Shown here: positions 40,771 through 54,237 of the stretch, one piece after another
Numbering within the stretch: position 1 is the first letter of the stretch
Layout of the letters: every line of letters starts with the position of its first letter
Source of the DNA: Laetmonice hystrix
Lineage: Eukaryota
Reading direction: 5' to 3'
Assembly (NCBI GenBank): GCA_965235115.1
Contig: OZ249436.1
Span: 70,370,001-70,434,000, forward strand
Length of the DNA stretch: 64,000 nucleotides
The notes under the pieces: generated by a model
The model's database searches: none
Told to the model about the DNA's origin: nothing
The model's input: the letters and a program-made list of their open reading frames with translations, nothing else
Program-made: the position numbers and the translations under genes

Positions 40771-43700
40771 AACTTGTCGCTTGCCACGCGCGACTTCATT
40801 CTATCAAACACAAAGAGCCCGTAAGGAAAAGGAGAGAAAGGTTTTTCTTTCGTCACCATAAAATATAGAATTACCAGACTCTGTAGGGGATATTAATGGA
40901 AAGTTGTTTTCCAAATACCATGTGTTTGTATAGTCGGAACATTTACGGGGTTTCTATAACACACAGCATCATTGAATAACTCTGGTTTAAACCTCGTTTA
41001 ATTGTCATATCCCCTAAAGAGTAAATTGACATAGCTTGGTAAAATCAACTAACCTTAAAGGCATGAAAGCTGCCATCACGCCAAAATATTGGTGGGTATC
41101 AACTACAGTTATTATAGTTAATTTATCACTCTGCTTTTCATTAGGCAAATTCACTTAGTTATCCAATTAGCTTACTTATGTCCAAGGAGAAAGTTCAGGT
41201 CGGTACAAACTTCACCTTTCTGCCGGAACCCTTGATGGAGAGACGCAATGGACGCGGTCTTCCGGTCTCTGTAAACGACACGGGACCACCGTCAGTCACG
41301 TGACCCCCAGCGGACGGCCGTAAGCAGGCCGCCCTTCCCGCAGCAACTCTGGCTAGCTTTGAAATGGCGAGTAGCAAAATCAATTTATTTCGACTTGTAC
41401 TTCGAGCAGCTTCACAAATCTCAGGTATTTATTCGAGATGTCAAGCCTGCCTATTTCTGGCCCGAGTGATCAATGTGAAGATCGTCATTACAACGGTTCT
41501 GATATTACCATCTTTATACGTGTTTTCACTTCGGAGGGAAAATCAATCTCCAAGAGAAGTAATTACGTGGAAACGCCCAAAAGATTGTATTATATCAGCC
41601 ATCTCTCATATACAAGCTAACATTTTGCTCTTCCCAAGAGACTCTACTGGACATCGAACCGCGCCGTTATGATCATAGAGAAATGCAGACGTCGAAGAGA
41701 CAGCCGCCATGGAGCAGCAGATATCAGAAAGCAGCTTAATCTATATTGCTGAACGACAGCGTGTCCATCTGCTTCCATTGCCGTATCATTGAGCCAGTGC
41801 CGTTCCTGACACCCAGCAAAGGATCTAAATAACGTTGAACGCTGTTACGTCATTTTACATGTTCAATAGGTTCGAACAGAGTTAGTGAGTTAGCACCCTG
41901 TCGGTACTGTTGTAGCAAAAAAAAGAGAGGAAATAGTTCGAAAGGGTGGTGGTTAATCAATAGCTTTGAGAGTGTAACCTAATAGAGATGACAATACTAT
42001 TTCTATGTCCTTCTTTAATTGATAAAGATGTCCAACACACGGGTACAATTCCCTGTAGCTTCTTGTAATGGTAGTTTCACTCCAGAAGTCCACATGACGG
42101 CAGCGCTGTTTATCGTTGGTCGAAGGTTAAATCGGCGTTGTGAAACATGTGCGTTTCATTTCGTAGCTTTCGTTCTCCAGCAGTTCTAAGCCAGAGTAGA
42201 AGCTACTGAGCCGGCAATAAGAAAGCACCAGGAAAGTTTAATCTTCTAAAACAGCAATGAAAACGATGTGTAGAGCATGAAGACGAACGGTGTTTCTGAA
42301 GTGAGCGTTTCAGCTTGACCGGACGCCGAGCCGTCGTCTGCTTTCCGCCGCCGAGTGCCCGCCCTGCGGCTGTTTGCCAAGCTTCCTTTAAGACTGGCAG
42401 TACTGTTGTAACGCCCCTCGGTTTGCTGACAGTATAAGAAACAAACAGTTGAACCGCTGAAAACGCCAAAAGGGCTTCCAGTCGGTTAGATCTCTTTCGT
42501 TTGCTGGTTACTTGAGGTTGTCGAGGGAGCAGTCAGAGTGTCGTATTCGATCAACAAGTCAAGCGGAGTGTATTCTTGATAAGGCGTTGTGATGCCTGCA
42601 GTAACCACGGGTGTGGAACATGAGGCCCTGGGGCGCCTTGTCGGGAAGGGGGGGGGGGGGGGGCCTGACGTCCCCTACAGAAGTAAATGTCGGATTTGTT
42701 TGACATTGAATTGAAATATGCGTAAAGTGCAACATGAAGCATTCTACTTGGAATGGATTCGACGTCGTTATCGCCGAGTCTGTTTGATCTAAGCCGGGGG
42801 GTCAATGTAGGTTTCTACTCGGAAGTGGCTATTGGTAAGAACAATCATGAGCTAGGAATAATTTTCTTCAGGAGGGTAAGGGGGCAATGCCCCACACATG
42901 TCACCCTTCACTTGTCTACACGTCCAGTTATTGATTCCGATGTAGTCTGTGCCTACAGTTTGTCACCTCATCTTTGCTTTCCAGGGCGACGTAATTATTG
43001 ACAGACTTTTCACAAATGGTGAGGGGAAAGGTGGTTGGGTGATATCGGTGACCAGCAACACGTACCCGGTGTTAGCTGCAGGGTTTTCCACCTCGCCAGG
43101 GTCAGGTTCCACCGAGCGTTGTTTGGCCTCCCATATCATCTTCAGCACGGTCGTCTGTGACCGTGCTTCAGCTACAACTGGCGGAATCGTGAGGACGACA
43201 ACTGTATAAAACAAGGGAACCATGAATAGGTGCTGATTACATCGAAACTACTTTACATTAGGAGCAAAAGGCAACAATGCTTGTTGTATATCGCTATTCC
43301 GTTTCCAACCATACCAAGGGCATACGTGCTGACGGTCACTGAAGTCGGGTCCTTGTAAAACAACGTGTTTGAGGGGTCTTTTGATTGGTTACAAGTTTTA
43401 CCTCGTTTCTTGGCCACTTTCATGCCATGGTTTGATAATTTCGGGAATGATAACATCTTATATGTTAGGTCGGCGATGTGGATTTTTTTTTTATCACTTT
43501 CAACACTATGAAATATTTGTAATCAGAATATCATAATGCGACGAAAGAAGAAAAAGAACTCAAAGATATGCTGAAATTGGCGCAGCACATCACAGGATAC
43601 TCAAGGCAGATGAGGCGCCAACAGTCTGAAATGAGGTGTTCGCTGCATGGTCATGGAGGGTCACAAGGAGGGCGACACTACAACGGCGTATTGCCACAAT

Positions 43701-44867
43701 ACTGAACTACAAGCATGTACTGCTTAGGTTTTGTTTTGTTTTGTTTTATTTTTGGGTCTTCTTTCTGTTCACCTTCTGCCTTAATGTAGGATGTGCATAC
43801 CGACTCACAGAGCCCAGGCTCCCTACATGTATGATGGTTCATCTCCTGAGTGATTATAACATCTCGTTTAAAAAAACCAAATCGTTTGCTCATTACTAGA
43901 GAAGCTTCCTGATGAGCGTAGCGTCTGGAAAAGTACAAGCTCACTTTTTTGGATGCATTGGGATAAAAAACGATACCTTTTGCTTGGGACAAGAACGACC
44001 AAGTTGAAAACTGATACTGTCAATGCCCTCTTCTCCATTTCAGCAGACCTTGTGGGAGGTGACTAAACCAAATGCTGAGCTCCTGCCCCGAGTCTATGGT
44101 AAGTAGTGTTGAAAAATCCTCTCTGGTGTTGCTGAACACCCCCCACCCCCCAACTATATAACTATATATCATTCCATATATCTTTGAACAGCGATATCCA
44201 TATTGATATTCTCTTTGGAATTTAAGAAACCAATTCGGGTAAAGACGGTGGTACCGACATTAGGGAATATTTTCAAACGCATGGGAATTGCAATTCTTGT
44301 ATATTTCTAAATGGGTGGACGGGTAGTGCTCTTAAAGCCCTTTCACCAAAGCTGATCACTGCACAAGCATGTTGAAACGTGAAAAAAACTATCAATCAAT
44401 GCTTCCTTTGAAAACCTCAGAAGATATTCTTTGGACCATGGAAACTTGACAGCGCTAGTCTTGATTAGTACGGCGTAATGTGCAAACTACGGTTCGTGAC
44501 AAGAAATTTATCAAACATGCATGAGGAACTCTATGAGATAAAGTCCAAACGTGCTTTCCTTCAGAAACACTCTCCAAGGATGAGATTGGTCTTAGCAAAA
44601 TACATTTATGTTTACATTTGGAGGAAACGTCCGTTTGTATAGGCTTCCTTCATCGTCTTTTCCTATGGACTTAATATTTTTCCCAGTGCCAAAATCTAGG
44701 CATTGACGAAATCCCTGTTAAAAATAACACAGACTTGTTCTAAAAGTGCATTGCACATTAATGTACATGAACTGGCAGCCCAGTAGAATGACGCAAGTCT
44801 TTGCTGCCTCTCTATAATAACGGTTGTAACGGCCAATGAACGTTTCCTCCACTATGGAAAATGTTCA

Positions 44868-45471
44868 ACTTTGGCAACCTTATACCCAAGGTATAAGGTT
44901 GCCAATCGGTGTTAGTTTGTGTCTACGCACTCCCATTTCTAGCCCTTTGCGACATCACTGTAGATAAACCTTGCTCAGTTTTCACTGGCCATGTTTTATC
45001 AAACACGATCCAAATTCAAGAGGTATAATTATGCTGTAATGGGTATACAAAACCACATGTATATTCATTTAAGAATGTAACAATGGCGACAATCAAGACG
45101 GTATGAGTTTATTACGCACTCATTCAGTATTGTCTAATAATATAATACAGCATGTCAGGAAACATTAGGTGTAGTCTGATATCTGGTATAACGCTAGGGA
45201 AGACCAAGAATATTTCCTATCCTGGCAGAAATGGCCACGTATGTAGTATGTGTCACTAATGCAGCAGTGGAAGCCCTTTAAGAAGCGCTATAAATCTCGA
45301 TATGAAAGAATGGGATGTTGAACTAGTGGAAGGAGCATTAATGTCCCGCTTAGCTATATAAGTCGAGGATTGGCGGCACTCGGGCGAGGATTTACAATTA
45401 AGCTAAGTATAATGGCGGGGGGGGGGGGGGTCCGTTAGAACGGTATAGGTTGCCAACCCTTGCCATAGTTT
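44868..45471 (+). mobile_element. Candidate Helentron/HINE-type element
   Basis: Perfect 16-bp hairpin TTGGCAACCTTATACC-CAA-GGTATAAGGTTGCCAA (44871-44905); a third arm copy GGTATAGGTTGCCAA at 45442-45456 is followed by TAGTTT. Confidence 0.4.
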
Positions 45472-46679
45472 GTCTGAGCTATGGCCTGTGGCCCCCTTCC
45501 CAGACGCCTCAAGTTCTTTATTTTCCTCTTAGTGGTACACGGCAAGTCAATGGGGCCGTTGCATAAAAAGTGTCAATAAGTATCACCATAACTCTGTCGT
45601 ACATAATTTTTTGCGAGGACTCTGCGAGGACTCCGTAAGTTACGACAGACTTACTGAAGTCCCATTGCATAAAAATTATCGTAGGCGTAGCATAACTTAC
45701 GAAGACGGTCCATCAAGATACGAGACAATTATTAAAAAAATTGGTGCATCTGCGTCTCGAGGTGACCGTTGCAACCGGAAGATTGTGGGAAATGACGAAA
45801 AACTTGTTCATGTTGTAAACATGGCGGGAACGGGGGAGGAGACACACCCAAGGTTAGTATCTCAGTTTGCATTTTTCGGTCGTTTTTAGCTTAGCCTAAT
45901 GCGTGGTTGTTGATGCTTCAGAACGAAACCCCTGATACTAGAAAGGATGGTTCGTTGTGACTTTTATGTGATGACACGTTAGCTGTATAGGCCTAAAGAA
46001 AAACACTTGTCAAATTCCGCCGGGAGGTAGGGAATGGAGAGGACGGTTTGGACATCCCGGGAACGGAACCCGGGCGGCAGGACGGGCAGCCTAGATCTAT
46101 ACGGTGCCCGAGGGCGAGGCGAGGGGCGGATATGGCAGGGTGAGGGGCGGACATGTCGGGCATTCATTTCTCTGAATCTCTGATGCAATAGGGCCCTGCC
46201 GTTGTCGCGGTCTGTTTTGGTCTGTTTTCTCCGCGGTCTGAGATCTCCGGGAGGCAGTTGGCAGTTGCGGCGCCAAGGAGGAGGGAGGGGCTTGGGCCGG
46301 GGCCCCCAAATTTTCTCTAGCCACCCCTCAGCCCCCACCCACACCCCAACTATCTCCCCTTCAAATTGTATAGCCACCCCGTAGCCCCCCCCCCTCCCCA
46401 ACTAAAACGGACTGGAGGCGGAGCCGCCACTGCCGGGAGGTTGGCTGCATGCAGAGTCGTGTATATACATGTATTTGTATAGGCCTAGTCCTCGTTAAAC
46501 TATAGGCCTATAGGAAATACCAAATGTGGATTGAGTCTCACGTATTTCCCCTCCGTCAGTTTTGTCCTACAATTTGCTTATCCAGGTGGTCTTTGGATAG
46601 GAATTATTAAGGCTAAACAAGGCTACTAGGCCTATAGGCCTATCTGTGCCAAAGTCCTTGAATTATTAGAATTGAGTGT

Positions 46680-46957
46680 CAGTGGCGGATTCAGGGGTGG
46701 GGGCAACTGACCCGTGTCTCCCCCTATTTTCCAAACTCTTGCCTATTTTCTATGTTTTATGTGTAAAAATAATAGAATTTCATTAAAAGATTTAGGAGAA
46801 ATTTCATGTTCAGAAAACATGTAGGCCTACGTCCTCGACGTTCCTGAAAACAAAATTTATGGGGAGGGCCCCCCGCCCCCCCCCAAAAAAAAATGGGCCA
46901 CTGATTATTCACCAAAAGGTGGCTCCACCTATTCTTGAAATCCTGGATCCGTCACTG
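46680..46957. mobile_element. MITE CAGTGGCGGATTCAGG...CCTGGATCCGTCACTG nested in the Harbinger relic
   Basis: 14/16 inverted terminal match; no TSD seen. Confidence 0.65.
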
Positions 46958-47365
46958 TATATTGATCTGAATTTGTCAGTAGGCCCCTATAATATGGTGC
47001 TAATCTGCCAATAGAGCGGAAGGTGCAGATTGCAACACCGGGTCTGTGAGCAACCACACCGGCTGGGTGCGCACCCCCTGCCCCTCCTTGGATCCGCCAC
47101 TACCCCCCCCCCCCCCGGCCCTATTGCAAAATCCTGGATGTAGCCCCCCCCCCCCCCCAGTAGCAAAATCCTGGATCCGCCCCTGTAGCACCTCTCCCCT
47201 CCATCCTTCCAACATCCATTCCACCCCTCTTGACAATCAAGAATAATAATTGTATTTTATAGACATTCACCACATGTAATTTTTCAGCACATAAAACATT
47301 ATTAGGCCTATATTTGTAACCATGAACAGGAGAATAATTTTCAACTTTAATACAATATCTTTCAG

Positions 47366-47617
47366 GAAGATGCACGGCGGACAGAAAACTGGTCACTTGA
47401 AGACACCAAAGTACTTTTACAGTCGACTTGCCTCATCTTCACATTGGCCATGAATTTAGTAAAGGAATCCACAGCGAGACAAACTGTCGAGGCATTACTC
47501 CTTGTGTGTCCCCGACAACGGTGTACACTGAGGCACTTGATAGGAAGCGCAGGACAAGACAAACCTAAACATAAGAATAACTCGAAAATATGGAAATGTC
47601 TTTCAAAAGGAGTTTAA
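47366..47617 (+). pseudogene. Myb/SANT-like DNA-binding protein exon remnant of Harbinger
   Basis: After the acceptor CTTTCAG: EDARRTENWSLEDTKVLLQ..., and GHEFSKGIHSET in a shifted frame. A possible first exon AAAC-ATGGCG...CCAAG|GTTAGT lies at 45821-45852. Confidence 0.55.
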
Positions 47618-48327
47618 CCAGGGTTTCCACATATTTAGCAAACCAATTTTCCAGGAGTTTTCCAGGATATTCCAGGATAAAAAAAAATCACTTTTTCCAG
47701 GACCTCACGGGGTTTTACATTATCCTTCATTCTATTCTAAATGCATGACCTTAAATTGCAATAAACCTATACAGGGGCCAATTACCATCGTACTTTTAAA
47801 ACCTTGTGTTCAGCCTTTATTTCAAAGCACGTCGGGGTGTGTGTGTGTGTGTGTGTGTGTGGTGGGGGGGGGGGGGGTCAGCCGCGGCGGAAGCATCTTT
47901 GGATTGGGAGAGGGGCTATGCCTGCTTTCACAGCATGCATTTGAGGCGAGGGTCCAGGGGCCAACTAGAGGATTACGCCTCGGCCGCCAAATTATTGGGT
48001 GCTCAGCCCTTTGCTTCGCCGCACCTGCGTGACTGTCTTGTCCATAATGTTATAACAGTCCATTATAATATACCGTATGCCTTAGTCCTTTTGGGATATA
48101 AACTAGGCCTAGACTTCTTTGTAGGTTATTTGGACCCTTCCTTCTTGAAGCCGTGTAAACGCCGTGCAAGATTTCTGTTCCTGTCGAAGATCTTCATTAT
48201 AACATTTTACTCTGGACTATAGCCTATAGGTTAAAATGTAGGCCTAATCCTTGGACGGTGTAATATTAGACAACCACGTTAAGCATCTTCTATATCACTC
48301 CAAAGTCTTTGTACGTTCAACACCTAC

Positions 48328-48558
48328 CCTGTCGACATGTGTGAGTTCTCCACTCCGGCCACTTCCCCCTGTTGCGAACTCGGAAGCAGCGAATTCCTCA
48401 GCAAGAGCGATAACGCTATCGCGACTAGTCGAAATCGACGCCGAAACTTTCTCTCGTCGGTAAAACCGATCTGTGGTAAAACGTGCGATCGGACTGATCC
48501 GAAGGAAATATACCTTCTTACGACGACGATGGTGGCGATCATTATGCCTACCGTCCAT
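48328..48558 (-). pseudogene. Harbinger (HARBI1-like) transposase N-terminal remnant
   Basis: With frameshifts: RRRKKVYFLRISPI / TDERKFRRRFRL / SRDSVIALAEEF, matching the D.EF...FRLSR helix-turn-helix start; ends at the donor GTAGGT. The DDE region was not seen. Confidence 0.6.
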
Positions 48559-50392
48559 TCTGACACCTTGGAATCAGTACTTCTACCCTTTTCATCCTTT
48601 CTAGTCTGTTGCTTCTGCGTTAAACCACACCCTCAGCTTTTCAAACTAATTTCAGTAACTTACGAAGCTCATGGAAACCCTCGTAAGTTATTGTACCCTT
48701 TTCCCGGCAATTACGAGGAGGTTACTGTTTATGCAACACAATCGAAGATACGACAGAATTGTCCCAGGAAGATATTGCATTAGTTAAGTTATTTAGTTTT
48801 TATGCAACGTAAACTATATATGTACATACTTATGTACAACTTACGAACGTCGTAAGTACATCGCATCTTTATGCAACGGGCCCATTGTCGCCAAGAGGTT
48901 GAAAGGCAGTCCAAGTTCACCTAACAGAAAACGACACCCTCTTCTATGATATCCACCGAAGTCATGTAAGAGACATGGCATTTATAATTTACCCATGGTG
49001 CTCGGTAAAACTAAAGGATGATTTAAAACGGACCACGTTGTCAGATTTAAAAAAAACCATTGCACATTGCAAGATAGTTATTAGGACAAGATAATTTTCG
49101 TTTCTCCTTAGCTGTCAACAGCACATGTACCGGTACCTAAAATGACATATCATGCGAAGCATGTAGAGACGCAAGTGAAATAACTTGGTCAAGGGTGTTG
49201 CTCCGAAAAATAATAAAAAAACTTGATTATTGCCAATAACTAAATTATTGTGAGGCATGCGATAGCTGCATTTGCGCACGAGCACCCCAGATATAAAGCG
49301 ACCAAGCAGACCAACAGACAAGGCGGACACATTGTAGAGTCCCACACCATGAGCCATTTGCTACGCCATATTTCCACAGCCTCTCTCATGTAGGTCGCTT
49401 AAAATTCAATATTATGGAACCGCGACTCCTTCATAAGCTATTATTTTCCATATATTGTTTACCCTTTTAGCTTCCGTTCTCATTTTCTGCTGTTGTGGGC
49501 TTATAATTTCTTACTAACGTGCAGTGAGGGAGGCGGCAAGGAAACACTATCAGCACGAACCGGAGTTAATCACACAGAAGAGATCATTTCATTGTTTTTT
49601 TTTTGTGATGGCATGTTGTTCAATTTATAAAACTATACATGATCATTATGCTATGCATAAATGGCATGTTAATGCCAGTCCCAGCCACGACACATACGGC
49701 CAGGTAGCCCTTTTTCATGATGCTGGTAGTGTTATCGTAAGATGTGGTGGTTTTGTAGAGGTTCAAAGACAACTGGTTAATGCCATATAGGCGACTCGTT
49801 GAAATGCTGCAGTAGAATAAAGGGATGCAGCGCTCGCCAATGTTACATCTGATTTTTCCACAGTCTTGTATTTAATTTTGCCTGCAGGATCTAAATACAA
49901 AGAAAATAAAGACAATAAACCAAGCACAACGAAGACGTAGATTATTTCAATGAGCTGCTGTCACTTTGATATATTACGAAGACGTCTTTGAGACATATTC
50001 CTTGTCCCAGCGGAACGTCTATACACATGTTCTTAGTAGACGAACGAATGACCCAGAGCATACACTTGAATAGAAGCGCCTGTTGACAGGAACTATGACC
50101 AGAAGCGCCAGACTAGCGCTTAGCGTGGAGACCGGTTACAAATTCAAGGGATGGCCTTTACATCCAGTGCTCTGCTTTTGAAATCGAGAGAGAAGACTGG
50201 CCTGGTTCCTTACAATAAATTCTAGTGTTCTGGCTTTTATATCCGGTAATAACCAATACCTTTGGAACCGATAGCCTCATTTTGGTACTACCGGACAATC
50301 ATTAATGATGTAGTGAACGACCACTGCATAGGATTACATTACCGGGGCGGCTGGGAAGGGAGAGCAGGCTAAAAACCGAAAAGATACTCATG

Positions 50393-52157
50393 TTTTTAGC
50401 CCCCAAACCCATCGGGTTTTGGGGGCTTATGATTCACCCTCTGTCCGTCCGTACGTCCGTCCGTCCGTCCGTCCGTCCGTCCGTCCGTGAACAGCGATAT
50501 CTCAGAAACGTGCGGAACAATCATTTTCATATTTGAACACAAGATCAGGTACCATCCTGGCATGATGCACGTCAAAGGATTTTTTGATACGATCCAAGAT
50601 GGCCGCCTGGCAGCCATATTGGTGAAATACACATTTACAGCGATATCTCTGTTAAAAGAATACCATTTTCATTCAAACTTGGCACAACGATAGGGGTTCA
50701 TGGGGCAAACATACACGTCATTTTGTTTTCAGTTCGGATCCAATATGGCCGATCGACAGCCATGTTTGTGTTGTTGGCAATGTCATTAGACTTTAGTGGC
50801 GTATAACTTGACAATGGGGCGAGGTGTGGGTAAAGTTACTATGGGGAGCGAATAGGAAGTCATATATGAGGAATCTTTTGACACCATTATATTTGACCTT
50901 GGGTTGACATTTCAAGGTCATTTGAGGTCAGGTGTTTATTAAGGATCACTATGTCAGAAATGGTGTTCTTCAAGTCCTTTAGTGCTACGATGCATTATGC
51001 AAAGGGAGACTTACATTACAATTCACCATGATCAAGATTTTGAAGAGTGCGTCCAAGATGGCCGCTCGACGGCCATATTGGCAAAATAGACATATACAGG
51101 CATATCTCTGTTAAAAGAATACCATTTTCATTCAAACTTGGCACAACGATAGGGGTTCATGGGGCAAACATACACGTCATTTTGTTTTCAGTTTGGATCC
51201 AATATGGCCGATCGGCAGCCATGTTTGTGTTGTTGGCAATGTCATTAGACTTTAGTGGCGTATAACTTGACAATGGGGCGAGGTGTGGGTAAAGTTACTA
51301 TGGGGGGCGAATAGGAAGTCATATATGAGGAATCTTTTGACACCATTATATTTGACCTTGGGTTGACATTTCAAGGTCATTTGAGGTCAGGTGTTATTTA
51401 TAGATTAGGAAGTCATATAATTATGAAGTTTCATTTGGCGCCATTTTCCATGACCGTGAGCGACCTTGAAAGGTCAATCAAGGTCATGCATTTTTTTCAA
51501 TAGCCTGGATCTTCAAAACAGTTGAAGATGCAGGTCAATGATATTTTTGACATCAGTTTGGAGCAATACCTCAGACAAAACGATCCTGATGTCTTTAAAA
51601 TTTGGTGGAAAGAAGGTGCATATGAGGGGCAAAGGGTGTGCCAATACATTGCCAGATCAGAGCAAATTTGGCGACATGGCGGCCATATTAATATCCCCCC
51701 CCCCCCAATAACACTGTTTTGGCTCATATCTCGAAAACGGTGCAATATAAGGCAATAGTTACTATTATTAACAGATAGGAAGTCATATATGAAGTTTGAT
51801 TTGGCGCCATTTTCCATGACCTTGAGCGACCTTGAAAGGTCATGCATATTTTAATGGCCTGTACCTCCAAACCAGTTGAAGATAACAGCATCTAATCTTG
51901 CGTGAAACATTACATAATAACCAGGGACAGTCTATAGGGAGGACACAGGTCAAACATATCATTAAAAATGGCTGCTTCGTGGCCATCTTGGATTTAAAGA
52001 AGTTCGAAGCAATAACTCTTGACATTTTCTGGATTTCGTTCTTGCTGACAGAAAGCATGAGGGGTAACAAGCGTGCCAAAAGTACACATAGTTCCTGGAC
52101 CCACAGAAAATTTGTTCCTACTCAGTTGGGGGCTGTGACTCCGACGGGGTCTAGTTT
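50393..52157 (+). mobile_element. DINE-1/HINE-like non-autonomous Helentron element
   Basis: 5' TTTTT-AGCCCCCAAACCC-ATC-GGGTTTTGGGGGCT palindrome; (GTCC)n at 50442-50487; 3' GGGGGCT, hairpin GACTCC-GAC-GGGGTC and TAGTTT; internal duplication with 459-bp period (50594-50937 / 51053-51396). Confidence 0.85.
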
Positions 52158-54237
52158 ATATATAGCAGTGCAGAAAGTTGTGCTCGTATTGTCTTTCCAA
52201 ACCTTTCTTTATCTTCGTGTTTGTTAGAAAAATGGTTGTTTACGTCGTATTCTGCGGCAATCGTTTCTAAAGACAATGGCGTCTGAGATAAACGTAATCA
52301 CAGGATCGCTGGGCAGCACTGTGATGGGTATAGGGGAATATCAGTCTTGTGGGTAATTCTTGTCATTCTCTGTCTACAGGCGCACCTGGGATATGAGCAC
52401 GAAAGTCTCATAGTCTGGGAATTCCGAAAGTCCATTCATCTTTCAAATGAAGCTCGTATTGAAATTATCCAGACATACGCTACCACCGTCAAAAATATGA
52501 GAAAGTTTTGCGTGTATTGTCAACAATCAAGAACAGGCATGAATTTTATGCATGTTTGGGATGAATCCCGCATGTGATATGATTGACTCCATGGCGTTCA
52601 GGCCTGCGGACCCCCTGTTTTGTGGTGGATGGGGTAATTTTGCCGTCGCTGCTGCCCCTTTTAGAGCCGCAGCCCGTCACTGAGCGGGTCACGCCATCGA
52701 CACGGCTATAGAATGTCGTAAACGATCGGTGGGGAGCACCGTGACAACGAAATGCATTGATTGCAGTCGACCAGTGTGGACGGGGCCACATTAGATGCCG
52801 CCCAGTGGACCTATTCTTGCCGGACTTACATCGACGTCCGCTGAGAGCTGTGACGACATGAGTCTGTTGTATTCGACCAGCGCCGCCGAATGACGTGCAG
52901 GAAGCGTCTGTGTACAAATCCTAGGGATCACTGCGAACGAAAGAGATGTTATTGAGTACATGGTATCGATATCAACGGCCTGTTGTACTAATTTGCCTTA
53001 AATGCGACCGCGTGGAATTATCGTTGAGGTTCCGTTGAAATGAGTATCTCCGCAAAATATTGAGGGAAAATATTTCAGACAGGAGGGTCCGTTCCAATAA
53101 GGGTGCATCAATCCGCCACTCTGACCTTTGACCTTAACAAACTGGACGCATCGGAAATATAGGGAAAGAAAAAACTGGAAAGTTACGATCGCCCATAAAA
53201 CCGTTGCAGGGTCGTCTTCGAAGGTTACCGAGGAGCTTCTTATAATAACCTCCCGTGACCTGCTAATTAGAACAAATTTGGCGGCGTATAGCTTCTCTCA
53301 CGGTGTCGGGAAGGTGTGATCATCGTGCGTCCGTCATGATTAGTTACGTGCTCGTGAGGGGGCGTCTCAGTCGATGGATGCCGGAAGGTGGGCAGATAAT
53401 GACGTCATTAGCGAGACCCAACATAATGTGTGACGTTTGGCGCTCAATCTAATATAACCTTTCCTTAATCATACATCAAGCAGAGACTTCCGCTCCTGAT
53501 CAAAATGATAGGAAGGACACCCCATGGGAACGAACATATATTATCATATAGTGAATATGTTCGGAAAGGCCATTGAGAGAACACACAACAGTTAGGCTAG
53601 TTATAGCTTGCTCGATCACACCTGTCCGCCGACCACCAGCAGCTGGCAAGAAAACTCCTGTTTCAAAACTCGTCCTGTGTTATCGCCACGACATCACACT
53701 GTTCATCGATTTTAACAAAGCCATGGGCACAAACAAACATGCAACAAGAATTCTTCCTCTTTGGATATCGGTACATTTTCGATTTTGTATATATTCATGA
53801 AAACCATTTTCTAAACATTGTTCTCTCCAATCGTTTTCATGGAAAAGATCCGAGTAATGATACATTACTAGGACTGCATAGCGAGACTATCTAAACAAAA
53901 TGCCCTTCACGTGTCACGTGGCTACTAGACCACTATGTGTACGATTTTTACTCGTGCCGCAAGGTGAATCTGCATGAAAGTGGAACCTATTATAACTACC
54001 TGACTGGGATCCTTAAACCGTATGCTCTATTGAAATAACCCTATTATTTTTGATGGAAAAACTGAGAGCACAGGAATGGGAAGAGTGGGCAAGTGGGCAA
54101 AGCTGCCTGTGAATGTGATATTAGCCTTAAAATATTGAGATATTGATAGGCAATTAGCATATTAATGTGTTCAGAATTAATTTCAATATGCATGTTCATG
54201 GGAAACGTAATGATGAGAAGTGAGTTTTATATTATAT

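Larger units (their letters stand above)
45552..48883. mobile_element. PIF/Harbinger transposon relic (3.3 kb) with Myb/SANT and transposase remnants
   Basis: TIR GGG(G/C)CCGTTGCATAAA at both ends (flanks CAAT/ATTG), subterminal CTTACGA/TCGTAAG and TTGCATAA repeats, and two convergent gene remnants. Confidence 0.75.

Noticed and set aside
42551-42805. Third copy of the 6059/14546 family
   Set aside because: Only a 9-nt shared word; not alignable.
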